NCBI GenBank assembly: GCA_963812155.1
Contig: CAWETW010000002.1
Location: 128,001-192,000 of the forward strand
Reading direction: 5' to 3'
DNA length: 64,000 nucleotides
Source of the DNA: Vulcanimicrobiota bacterium
GTDB lineage: Bacteria; Vulcanimicrobiota; Vulcanimicrobiia; Vulcanimicrobiales; Vulcanimicrobiaceae
Every line of letters starts with the position of its first letter. The first letter of the stretch is position 1. Positions 52,795 through 61,506 of the stretch are shown here, in pieces. A model generated the notes under the pieces. It was not told where the DNA came from and ran no database searches. It was given only the letters and a program-made list of their open reading frames with translations. The translations under genes were made by a program, and so were the position numbers.

Positions 52795-54438
52795 ATGGAA
52801 ATGCCCTCGCACGAATGGTTGCGCGGCATTGCGGCATTGACGTTGGCGGCCGCCCTCTCCGGATCCGCCGTTTCTGCCGCCGGAGCCAGCGGATCCGCTC
52901 CAAGCCGAACGGCCGTGCCGCCCGATATTCAAGCCGTCTTTCAAAAGCCGGCGTATGCCAAAGGCGTGTGGGGGCTGCGCGTTCTCGACGGCCAGAACGT
53001 GCTCGTCGATTACAACTCGCAACGGCAGTTCTACATCGGATCGGTTCGCAAAGTCTTCAGCGTCGGGCAACTGCTCAATGCCGTCGGGCCGAGCCACAGC
53101 TACGACACGCCCGTCTACCGCAGCGGCACCATCGACGCAAACGGCGTGCTTCACGGTAACCTCATCGTCGTAGCGTCCGGCGATCTCACGATGGGCGGCC
53201 GCACCAATCCGGACGGAACGATTGCGGTCAGCGATTGGGATCATAACGAAGCCGATGGCCTCGGCAATGCCGTTCTCACCAAACCCAATCCGCTCGCCGG
53301 GTATGCGAAGCTCGCCCGAGCCGTGAAATCGGCCGGAATCAAGCGGGTTTCCGGAAACGTCGTTATCGACGACCGGTTGTTTGCGCCGTTCTTCTTTCGC
53401 GATCAATTCTACGTACGCCCGATTTTCGTCAACGACGACGTCGTCGATCTTTCGATGGTGCCCGGCAGCAGCGCCGGCGCACTCGTCAACGTTTCGACGC
53501 GCCCGGTCTCTGCCGCGCTCGACGTCGTCAACCAACTGCGCGTCGGCGCGGCCGGCAGCAAAAACACGCTGAAGATCGAACCGGAACTGCTGCAATGCAT
53601 CGGCAAGCGCGGATGCACGGCCACGATTTCGGGAACCCTGCCGAGCGACTTCAAGCCCCCGCTCACCGGGCAGCCGGCGCTCGTACAGACGATTCGTATC
53701 GTGCAGCCTTCGAACTACGCGCGCACGGTCTTCATCGAAGAACTGCGCAACGCCGGCGTCACCGTTGCAGCGCCCGACGTTGGAGGAAATCCCGTCGCGC
53801 TGCTTCCGCCGAAAAACTCGTACCGCCCCTCCGATAAGGTGGCTGCGCTGACCGGCATGCGCTACGGCCAAAACGCAAAGTTCGTTCTCAAGATCAGTTA
53901 CAACATCGGAGCCGACACGAGTCTCGTGCTGTTGGGAGTAAAAAACCACGCACCTTCAATGAACGCTGCACTGGCGTACGAGCGCAACGATCTACGCGCG
54001 CATTGGGGGATCGCCGCCAACCAATACCATTTCATCGACGGCAGCGGCGGAGGCGAGACGACCGCGACCAACACCGCGGTGACACGGATGCTGGAAGAAC
54101 TCGCGAAGAGCCCAGCGCATCGCGCGTTCGTCGACGCCCTGCCGATTCTCGGCGTCGACGGGTCGCTGGGATTCGTCAAGAATTTCCAGTCGGATGCAAG
54201 CTTAGCCGGCGCCGCGGGAAACGTCCGTGCAAAGACCGGAACCTACGTCGGCGCCTCCGCGACCGGCGGCATGGAACTGAAGGGGCAGGCGCTCGGCGGA
54301 TACATCACCACAAAGCGCGGTCGCCATCTCACCTTCGAATTGGTCGTAAACAACATTCCGATGTCCGGCATCAACGATCTCATCGGCGTCTTTCAGGATC
54401 AAGGCGCCATTGCGGCAAGCTTGTGGCGAGACTACTAG
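52795..54438 (+). CDS. dacB: D-Ala-D-Ala carboxypeptidase/endopeptidase (peptidase S13)
   Basis: Signal peptide; SxxK (GSVRK), SxN (SYN), DGSG, KTGT. Confidence 0.88.
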   Translation: MEMPSHEWLRGIAALTLAAALSGSAVSAAGASGSAPSRTAVPPDIQAVFQKPAYAKGVWGLRVLDGQNVLVDYNSQRQFYIGSVRKVFSVGQLLNAVGPSHSYDTPVYRSGTIDANGVLHGNLIVVASGDLTMGGRTNPDGTIAVSDWDHNEADGLGNAVLTKPNPLAGYAKLARAVKSAGIKRVSGNVVIDDRLFAPFFFRDQFYVRPIFVNDDVVDLSMVPGSSAGALVNVSTRPVSAALDVVNQLRVGAAGSKNTLKIEPELLQCIGKRGCTATISGTLPSDFKPPLTGQPALVQTIRIVQPSNYARTVFIEELRNAGVTVAAPDVGGNPVALLPPKNSYRPSDKVAALTGMRYGQNAKFVLKISYNIGADTSLVLLGVKNHAPSMNAALAYERNDLRAHWGIAANQYHFIDGSGGGETTATNTAVTRMLEELAKSPAHRAFVDALPILGVDGSLGFVKNFQSDASLAGAAGNVRAKTGTYVGASATGGMELKGQALGGYITTKRGRHLTFELVVNNIPMSGINDLIGVFQDQGAIAASLWRDY

Positions 54439-54455
54439 CGGTCTCCTAAAAGAAA

Positions 54456-54485
54456 ACTGACCGGTTCGATTGCGAACCGGTCAGT
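54456..54485. terminator. Bidirectional intrinsic terminator
   Basis: 13-bp stem ACTGACCGGTTCG-ATTG-CGAACCGGTCAGT with flanking A/T tracts between convergent genes. Confidence 0.8.
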
Positions 54486-54515
54486 GTGGTTTTCGAATCG
54501 GCTAGCGGGGCCGCT

Positions 54516-55250
54516 TCACGGAGTGAGCATCGGCAACGCTTTTCGAATCTCGTTGACCCTCGCTTCGCTGAACGTTTGCCTCCCGACCAGCGTGATCGTT
54601 CCGGTCGTGTAGGTGGCGCCGCCTTGCTGCTTCAGCGTCATCTTTCCGGATCCGCCCTTGCTCGAAAGCTTTGAGATCACGAGCGACGCGATCGGACCCT
54701 CTTCCACGGTCTTACTGTTGTAGTTGAACGATGCGAGGTTTGGAGTACCGAGCGTCTCTCCGCTAAACTTGAGATCGCGTAACGGCTTTCCATCCGTCGT
54801 CGTGAACAGAATCGCGCAGCCGTTCTGCTTGTTCGCGGTCGCGAACGTTCCCCAGTAGTAGTAGACCTGCTGCGGCTTGGGCGTCGGCGTCGGTTTCGGC
54901 GTCGGCGTCGGTTTCGGCGTCGGCGTTGGTTTCGGCGTCGGCGTCGGCTTGGGCGTCGGCGTGGCCTTCGTATAGCTGGTCAGCACCCACAGCGCCTCAT
55001 TCGTTTGTTTGGTCGCGGTGAACGTCGTGCCCTTGACCTGTCCGAGCGCGAAGTAACTCAAATACTTTCCGGGAATTTTGCGCTTCGGCGCGGTGCACGA
55101 CGGCGTTCCCGCCGCCGGCGACATTTGATCGGTTGACGCATCACCCGGCGCAACCGACGGCGTAAAACCCGTACCGGCTGCATGACACGCGACCAGCAAC
55201 GTTGCCACAAAGAGTGCAACGCCGCCGTAAAGTGGAGACCTCTTGATCAC
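54516..55250 (-). CDS. Hypothetical lipoprotein with internal (KPTPTP)n linker
   Basis: GGAGG RBS then GTG; lipobox LVAC; 18-nt tandem repeat. Confidence 0.75.
   Translation of the reverse strand: MIKRSPLYGGVALFVATLLVACHAAGTGFTPSVAPGDASTDQMSPAAGTPSCTAPKRKIPGKYLSYFALGQVKGTTFTATKQTNEALWVLTSYTKATPTPKPTPTPKPTPTPKPTPTPKPTPTPKPQQVYYYWGTFATANKQNGCAILFTTTDGKPLRDLKFSGETLGTPNLASFNYNSKTVEEGPIASLVISKLSSKGGSGKMTLKQQGGATYTTGTITLVGRQTFSEARVNEIRKALPMLTP
54874..54963 (-). repeat. 18-nt tandem repeat (about 5 copies) encoding KPTPTP
   Basis: TTCGGCGTCGGCGTCGGT-like units. Confidence 0.85.
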
Positions 55251-55391
55251 GATCCGAATCCTCCAAAAGAAGCTGGCTGCGGGCTCTTTGGGGTCGAGAC
55301 CGCCGATTCATCTTTTGAGGAACGCAAGCGTGGGGTAGAATACCTGCTCCCTGGGTGGAATCGTTGCCTGCCGCCCGAAATCGTCCTCGAC

Positions 55392-56447
55392 ATGAAGGTG
55401 ACCGAGCCGGCGCGCGCCGACCGCGTGCGTCTTACCCATCGCAGTACCTGCGCGGGATGCGCCGCCAAGGTACAGGCGAGCATCCTTGCGGATATTTTGC
55501 GGCGGCTGCCTCCGATTACGGATGCCAACGTTCTCGTTGGGCATTCGAGCGGTGACGACGCCGGCGTCTACCGTCTCGACGACGAACGCGCGCTCGTTCA
55601 AACGGTCGATTTCTTTCCGCCGATCGTCGACGATCCGTACGATTACGGCCGGATTGCCGCCGCCAATGCGCTTTCCGACGTTTACGCAATGGGCGCGCGG
55701 CCGCTGTGCGCGCTCGCGATCGCGGCATTTCCGGAAGACCTCGATGCAGATTTCGTCGCCGCGATTTTGCGCGGCGGCATCGACGTTGCCGCGCAAGCCG
55801 GCATTGCCGTCATCGGCGGCCACACGATTGCGGACGACGAACCGAAGTACGGTTTGGCGGTGACGGGAGTCGTCCGACCGGATCGGATTCTGCGCAACGA
55901 CACCGGACGTGCCGGCGACGTGCTGATTCTGACCAAGCCGCTTGGCACCGGGATTCTGACCACCGCTCGGCGAGGCGATGCAATAGATGAAGCAACTCTC
56001 GCGCCCGCCGTAGACTCTATGGTGACGCTTAATCGCGCCGCGAGCGAAGTCGCGGCGGGATTCGACGTTCGTGCGATGACCGACGTGACGGGCTTCGGAC
56101 TGTTAGGCCATTTGCGCGAGATGTTGGCCGGCCGCCTGGGCGCGCGCATCGGCGCTGCGTCGGTACCGCTGCTTCCGGAAGCGTTGTCGTTGGCAGCCAA
56201 AGATTTCGTGCCGGGCGGCACGCGAAAAAATCTGGCGGCCGCCCGGGAAAACGGCGTGCGCTTCGACGCCCGTCTCCCGGAGGGACTCGCGACCGTCTTG
56301 TGCGACGCACAGACCTCCGGCGGCCTCTTGATCGCGATCGGCGAGGAAGACGCAACACCGCTCGTGGCGGCGCTTCACGAAGCCGGAATCATTGCGGCGT
56401 CTATCATCGGCGCGCTTACCGCATCGGGCAGCGTCGAAGTCGTATAA
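55392..56447 (+). CDS. selD: Selenide, water dikinase (Cys form)
   Basis: CAGCAAK, DDAGVY, QTVDFF, ANALSDVYAMG, TDVTGFGLLGH, DAQTSGGLL. Confidence 0.95.
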   Translation: MKVTEPARADRVRLTHRSTCAGCAAKVQASILADILRRLPPITDANVLVGHSSGDDAGVYRLDDERALVQTVDFFPPIVDDPYDYGRIAAANALSDVYAMGARPLCALAIAAFPEDLDADFVAAILRGGIDVAAQAGIAVIGGHTIADDEPKYGLAVTGVVRPDRILRNDTGRAGDVLILTKPLGTGILTTARRGDAIDEATLAPAVDSMVTLNRAASEVAAGFDVRAMTDVTGFGLLGHLREMLAGRLGARIGAASVPLLPEALSLAAKDFVPGGTRKNLAAARENGVRFDARLPEGLATVLCDAQTSGGLLIAIGEEDATPLVAALHEAGIIAASIIGALTASGSVEVV

Positions 56448-56475
56448 CCGGCTCCGGGGGTGCGCGACGCCACGC

Positions 56476-56516
56476 TTGACGGCGTTCATAGTTAGCTGTA
56501 TAGTTATATAACTATA
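56476..56516 (+). promoter_or_regulatory. Sigma70 promoter with an overlapping 18-bp palindromic operator
   Basis: TTGACG-N17-TATAGT; TATAGTTATATAACTATA (56499-56516). Confidence 0.8.
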
Positions 56517-56860
56517 TGGTTAATCAAACGCGGATAGATGCGGTCTTTGCGGCTCTCGCCGATCCGACGAGGCGCCGGATGGTCGAACGCCTGGCGCGCG
56601 GTTCGATGAGTGTCGGGGAGATTGCCCAGGGCTTTGCGATCTCGCAGCCCGGAATCTCCAAGCACGTCAGAGTGCTCGAAGAAGCCGGCTTGCTTAAGCG
56701 CGAGGTCGTCGGCCGCGTACACCACTGCACCATCGATCGCAAGGCGATGGAAACCGCGTCGGCGTGGTTCGAACGACAGCGCCGGTTCTGGAACGCCACG
56801 CTGGATCGCCTCGACACCTACCTCACATCGCCACCGAAAGCACGGAGGAAGCATTCATGA
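56516..56860 (+). CDS. ArsR/SmtB family regulator
   Basis: FAALADPTRR, SQPGISKHVRVLEEAGL, FWNATLDRL. Confidence 0.92.
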   Translation: MVNQTRIDAVFAALADPTRRRMVERLARGSMSVGEIAQGFAISQPGISKHVRVLEEAGLLKREVVGRVHHCTIDRKAMETASAWFERQRRFWNATLDRLDTYLTSPPKARRKHS

Positions 56861-57678
56861 GTTCCACACCTGCGGCCGAATCGACGAGGCTCGAGTTGCG
56901 GCGCACCTATCCGGTCGCCCGCGAACGCCTTTTCGACGCATGGACCACGCCCGACGCGATCAAACAATTCTACGGACCGAAGGACGTCGTCATCAGCGAC
57001 GCGTCGGTCGATCTGCGCGTGGGCGGCGCTTACCGTATTGCCATGACACATCCGGACGGCGATGTCTGGATCGTCAAAGGCATCTATCGCGAACTCGATC
57101 CTCCGTCGAAGATCGAGTGTACGTGGGTCTGGGAAGAGGACGACCCCAAACTCGAACACGAGTCTCTGTTGACGCTCGAGTTTCTCGACCGCGGCGAGGA
57201 AAGCGAACTGGTGTTGACGCACGATCGCTTCCGCGACGCGACCCAACGCGATAATCACGAATCGGGCTGGTCGACGATCCTAGCGCAACTGGATGGCTTC
57301 ATGCGGCCGTTTCGCATCGCCGGCATCGATCTGAGCGGCTACATGGTCAACGACGCGCAGCGCGCCATCGGCTTTTATCGCGACGTGCTGGGCCTCGAGC
57401 CGTCGCGCGTGTATCCGGAGAACCGGGGTGCCGAATACGAACTGCCGGATGGGACGGTCTTCGGTCTGTGGGGCGGCGGAGGAAAAGTGATGCCGTTCCA
57501 GCCGAGCAACGGCATCCTGTTTGCCGTCGGCGATTTTGCAGGCGCCGTGGCAACCTTGAAGGCGCGCGGCATTCCGATCGTACGCGAGATCGAGACGCCC
57601 AACTGCCGGATGGCGATGATCGAGGACACCGAAGGTAACCTCATTACGCTGCACGAGCGCAAAGCCGGCGCCGTTTAA
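56857..57678 (+). CDS. SRPBCC (AHSA1-like) + VOC/glyoxalase fusion
   Basis: DLRVGGAYRI, HESGW, then FYRDVLGL and DTEGN; ATGA overlap with the regulator. Confidence 0.88.
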   Translation: MSSTPAAESTRLELRRTYPVARERLFDAWTTPDAIKQFYGPKDVVISDASVDLRVGGAYRIAMTHPDGDVWIVKGIYRELDPPSKIECTWVWEEDDPKLEHESLLTLEFLDRGEESELVLTHDRFRDATQRDNHESGWSTILAQLDGFMRPFRIAGIDLSGYMVNDAQRAIGFYRDVLGLEPSRVYPENRGAEYELPDGTVFGLWGGGGKVMPFQPSNGILFAVGDFAGAVATLKARGIPIVREIETPNCRMAMIEDTEGNLITLHERKAGAV

Positions 57679-57709
57679 CGCGCGCCCGCAGGGCTTTCGG
57701 CTGCATGAG

Positions 57710-57739
57710 AAACGGGCCGCGCGGATGCGCGGCCCGTTT
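57710..57739. terminator. Bidirectional intrinsic terminator
   Basis: AAACGGGCCGCGC-GGAT-GCGCGGCCCGTTT. Confidence 0.8.
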
Positions 57740-57766
57740 TGCCTTCGATCGCCCAGTGCGATCGCG

Positions 57767-60151
57767 TTACAGGCCGTTGGCCAGTGCCCAGCCCTTCGGA
57801 GCTCCGATTCCCGCGGCCTGATTGTAGTGCGTCGCGTTACACGAATAGGCGCCGTTACTGCCCGACGTGCACGGCGTGTAGTACGTGCTGTATCCCGTTG
57901 AGGAGAACAAGCTGTAGACCGTCGGATCGATCCATCCGAGTTTCGTTCCGTGAAGTTCGTTGGCTTCGACGATCAACGCGACCGAGGCCGGCGAAGACCA
58001 CGAGGTTCCCAGATACTCGCCCCAACTGCCGCCCGTATAGACTGCGACGGGGAAGAACGGCAGCGAGAAGTCGGGTTGATTGCGCCCCGACGTGATCATC
58101 CCGGTGATGCCGCTTTGATAACTCGGAAGCGCGAAGACCGTTGAGACGCCGCCTCCACCCGAGTCGCCGTCGGCGGTGCCCATGGTAACGGTTTGAAGCA
58201 CGCCTTGACTCGTATCGGTGAAGTTGATGCCGCCGATCGACGTGAAGTACGGATCGCCGGCAGGAGCGCTTACGCCTTTGCTGCCGCTGCATTCGTTGCT
58301 TCCGGTGTCACCGCTCGACGCCGAGAATTCGACGCCTTCGGAGGCACCTTGTTCGGCGATCGAGTTTGTCGAATCGTCGAACGAAACGTCGCTCGATTCG
58401 CAGCCGCCGAACGACGAGTTGACGGACGTCGCCTTCCCGTCGGTCAACGCTTTATTATAGGTATCTTCAATCTGCTGATCGCCGAGCGATCCCATGTCGT
58501 ACACGATGATATTTGCGCCGGGGGCCAATCCCGCGATCGTTTGCACGTCGAGATCGGTTTCCGGCTCGTCACCGCTGCCGCCGCCGTCGACGGCGACGTT
58601 AGTCACGGTGCCGGTTTCCGTCACGCCGGCAGCCGTCAAATACTTAGACAGATAGCTGCTGTTCACCGGATCGTCGATGGCAATGGCTGCCGTGTAGCCG
58701 GCACCGTTGCACCCGTGCTGAACGGGGAAATCGAACGGTTTGGCGACGCCGGTCGCCAGCGTTCCGGAAGAGTTGGTCAGCGGCCCGTTATCGGGTGCCG
58801 CGCCGTTACAGCCTCCGCCGGGTGTCGACGATGGTGACGGAGTCGGCGTCGGCGGCGCCGTCGGAGTTGCGGTTGGCTGGGACGTTGGCGTCGACGTCGG
58901 CTGTGACGTCGGCGTTGCCGTCGGCTTCGCGGTCGGCGTGGGCGAGGGCGTCGGCGTCGGCGATCCTACCCACGTCACGTTATCGACGTATTGATAGACG
59001 TACGTTTGACTGTAGCCGTCGCCGTAGGAACCGAAGTAAATGTAGTCGGTCTGACCGGCCCACCTGTTGAGATTGACTTGGTAGTTCACCCAGCCGTTGG
59101 TGTTGTTCACGGTCTTGTAGAAGGTCGTGAGGATGCCGCCGCTCTGATTGAGCAGGTAGGCAGCCTGAAACGCGTACCTCGTACTGGTCTCGTTCGTTCC
59201 TTGGTAGACCCAGAAGCTCAGGACGCCTTTCGACGGAACTTTCACGATTTGCGCGACCGACGCCCACCCGTTGACTTCGGGCGGCTGCAGCGAGCCCATA
59301 AATGCCGAGTACGAGCCTTGCTGGGCTCGCGCGGTCGTGATCGAAAGGTAGGTCGACTGCGTGCTTTCGTTGATCCAGCCCGGATTGACAGAGCCCGTCT
59401 CGAAACTTCCGTTGACGAGATTGCCGGAAGAATCGTCGGGCCGAATACCGAGCGGAATAACGGTGCGTCCGTTTGCGTCGCGCTTGAACTGCGGCAGCGT
59501 GCGCTGCGTCTCGACGCCGCTCTGTTCGGCGACCGTTCGCACGACGACGAGATTATTGAGGGAAACGTCGCGCACGAGCGGCGCAATGTCTGAAGGCAAC
59601 GTCGCCGGCGCCACGTTCGTGTAACGCTCGCCGTACTTGCCCTGACGAACCGTGTGGATTTCGGTGGAGAAAAAGCGTTCGGCTACAGCCGTTCGCGCCG
59701 TCGCATCGACGATGGTGCGATTGGGAAAACGTTGGACGATCGTAAAGCCGGCGCGCTCCAGCGCGCGAGCGACGCGCTCTTCTTGCGCCGCCGTGGGCGC
59801 ATAGCGTTCGGCAAACTGCGTTGCGGTAAGAAAACGGTGCCGGCCTACGCCCGGCGCGGCCGCGTTGGCCACGAATGCGTCGAGTTCCGACTGATTATTA
59901 TAGCGCAGCGTGAGCGAAACTCGGACCATTTGGTTCTGTGGACGCCGTCCGGCATCGGTGTATGCGAGATTTCCGGAGAGTCTCGGAATCGAAATCAAGG
60001 GCTTATCGGGCGCCGACGTCCGGACGGAAGAATTCGTGGACGTTCCGTTCGCCGGAGCGAGCCCCGGTAGCGACGAGTTCTGGCCGCCGCAAGCGGTGAG
60101 CGTCAGTGCCAGCCCTACGGTTGACGCGATCACGCGTGATGATCGTTTCAA
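57767..60151 (-). CDS. S53 (sedolisin/kumamolisin) protease lipoprotein with pro-domain and inserted CBM-like domain
   Basis: Lipobox LTAC; FLTATQFAERYAP pro-domain; NGSFE domain; PT linker; ETDLD, SSGD, GTSWSSP, GIGAP. Confidence 0.88.
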   Translation of the reverse strand: MKRSSRVIASTVGLALTLTACGGQNSSLPGLAPANGTSTNSSVRTSAPDKPLISIPRLSGNLAYTDAGRRPQNQMVRVSLTLRYNNQSELDAFVANAAAPGVGRHRFLTATQFAERYAPTAAQEERVARALERAGFTIVQRFPNRTIVDATARTAVAERFFSTEIHTVRQGKYGERYTNVAPATLPSDIAPLVRDVSLNNLVVVRTVAEQSGVETQRTLPQFKRDANGRTVIPLGIRPDDSSGNLVNGSFETGSVNPGWINESTQSTYLSITTARAQQGSYSAFMGSLQPPEVNGWASVAQIVKVPSKGVLSFWVYQGTNETSTRYAFQAAYLLNQSGGILTTFYKTVNNTNGWVNYQVNLNRWAGQTDYIYFGSYGDGYSQTYVYQYVDNVTWVGSPTPTPSPTPTAKPTATPTSQPTSTPTSQPTATPTAPPTPTPSPSSTPGGGCNGAAPDNGPLTNSSGTLATGVAKPFDFPVQHGCNGAGYTAAIAIDDPVNSSYLSKYLTAAGVTETGTVTNVAVDGGGSGDEPETDLDVQTIAGLAPGANIIVYDMGSLGDQQIEDTYNKALTDGKATSVNSSFGGCESSDVSFDDSTNSIAEQGASEGVEFSASSGDTGSNECSGSKGVSAPAGDPYFTSIGGINFTDTSQGVLQTVTMGTADGDSGGGGVSTVFALPSYQSGITGMITSGRNQPDFSLPFFPVAVYTGGSWGEYLGTSWSSPASVALIVEANELHGTKLGWIDPTVYSLFSSTGYSTYYTPCTSGSNGAYSCNATHYNQAAGIGAPKGWALANGL

Positions 60152-60360
60152 GTGCGTGCCTCCTCACGTTTCAGTAGCTAACTGGGTCGTGGGAGGCAGG
60201 TTCTCCAGCCCTCCTGCCACACCCGCCCCTTGCAAGCTTTGGCGCCTCGCCCAAGCAACCTCCAATCAGAGAACGGGAGGGAACGGGCGCGGAGCACTTG
60301 GCAAGCAGCCTCTCGTTTCCCAGACCACCGTGCGGCCGGAATGGAGCAGCTTAGTTAGGG

Positions 60361-61506
60361 TTACGAGCGCGGCCAGTATTTCAGCGACGTGCCCGTATTG
60401 AACAGTACGATCGGTTCCGGCAACCGCGTTCCGGCTGCCCGCAGCGATCGAAGACCCGCGAGCGTCGCAGCGCCTTCTTCCGTCACGTCGATGCCTTCAC
60501 GGCGGTGGATTTCGCGCATTGCCGCAAAGGCGGATTCATCGGTGACTGCAACGGCGTGGCCGCGCGACTCGCGCAGTGCTTTGAGCGACAGCCGATCGCC
60601 GATTCCGCCGGGTACGCGTAGGCCCCACATCGCGGTCCGGCCGTTTTCAACTCGTGCGGCGGATTCCTCACCAGCGTGGAATGCCCGCACGATCGGCGCG
60701 CAGCCGTCGGCTTGCACGCACACCATCACCGGGCGCGCCGTGCCGATCCAACCCAACGTTTCCTGTTCGCCGAAGGCCTTCCACATTGCGACGAGGCCGG
60801 TGCCGCCGCCCGTCGGATAAACGATGGTTCCAGGTACGCGGCCGAGCTGCTCGACCAACTCGTAGGCCATCGTCTTTTTACCTTCGACGCGATATGGCTC
60901 ACGGAACGTCGCACAGTTGAAGGAGCCGCTCTCTCGAGCATATTCGGCCGCCAAGCGCCCCGCATCGTCAATCAGGCCGTCAACAAGCACCACTTCGGCG
61001 CCGTATCCCCGCATCTCGTCGAGCAACAATGCCGGCGTGTCGCGCGGAACGTACACCCGCACCGGCATTCCGGCGCGTGCGCCGTAAGCCGCAAGCGCGC
61101 TGCCGGCATTACCGGCGCTCGGAGCGACGAGCGCGCGGGCGCCGAGACGCTTAGCGACCGTCACGGCGACGGACATGCCGCGCGATTTGAACGACCCCGT
61201 GGGATTCTGGGCCTCGTCTTTGACGTACAGCGGTCCGTCTCCGAACTCTTTGCTCAAGGCAGTTGCCGCGAGTAGCGGCGTCGCGCCTTCACCGAGCGAA
61301 ATCGGTTCCTCTCGTTCACCGATGGGCAGCATCTCGCGGTAGCGCCACATCGTCCAAGGCCGCGGAGTGACCGTCGCGCGCGACATCTCCACGGCCGAAT
61401 AGCGCGCCAGCAACGGCGCACCATCGTGCGGACACGTACCGGCTAGAGCATCTGCCGGCACGCGATGCGATGCATCGCGCGAACACTCTAAACGTTGCGG
61501 CAGCAT
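60361..61506 (-). CDS. Threonine synthase-like PLP enzyme (fold type II)
   Basis: MWRYRE, LGEGATP, NPTGSFKSRG, SAGNAG, EPYRVEGKKT, YPTGGGTG. Confidence 0.88.
   Translation of the reverse strand: MLPQRLECSRDASHRVPADALAGTCPHDGAPLLARYSAVEMSRATVTPRPWTMWRYREMLPIGEREEPISLGEGATPLLAATALSKEFGDGPLYVKDEAQNPTGSFKSRGMSVAVTVAKRLGARALVAPSAGNAGSALAAYGARAGMPVRVYVPRDTPALLLDEMRGYGAEVVLVDGLIDDAGRLAAEYARESGSFNCATFREPYRVEGKKTMAYELVEQLGRVPGTIVYPTGGGTGLVAMWKAFGEQETLGWIGTARPVMVCVQADGCAPIVRAFHAGEESAARVENGRTAMWGLRVPGGIGDRLSLKALRESRGHAVAVTDESAFAAMREIHRREGIDVTEEGAATLAGLRSLRAAGTRLPEPIVLFNTGTSLKYWPRS

Noticed and set aside
55440..55475. Selenocysteine in SelD
   Set aside because: Both active-site codons are TGC; there is no in-frame TGA.
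54874..58965. Tandem repeats (54.9 kb, 58.9 kb, also 27.6 kb) as CRISPR arrays
   Set aside because: They are codon-phase coding repeats without unique spacers, and there are no cas genes.
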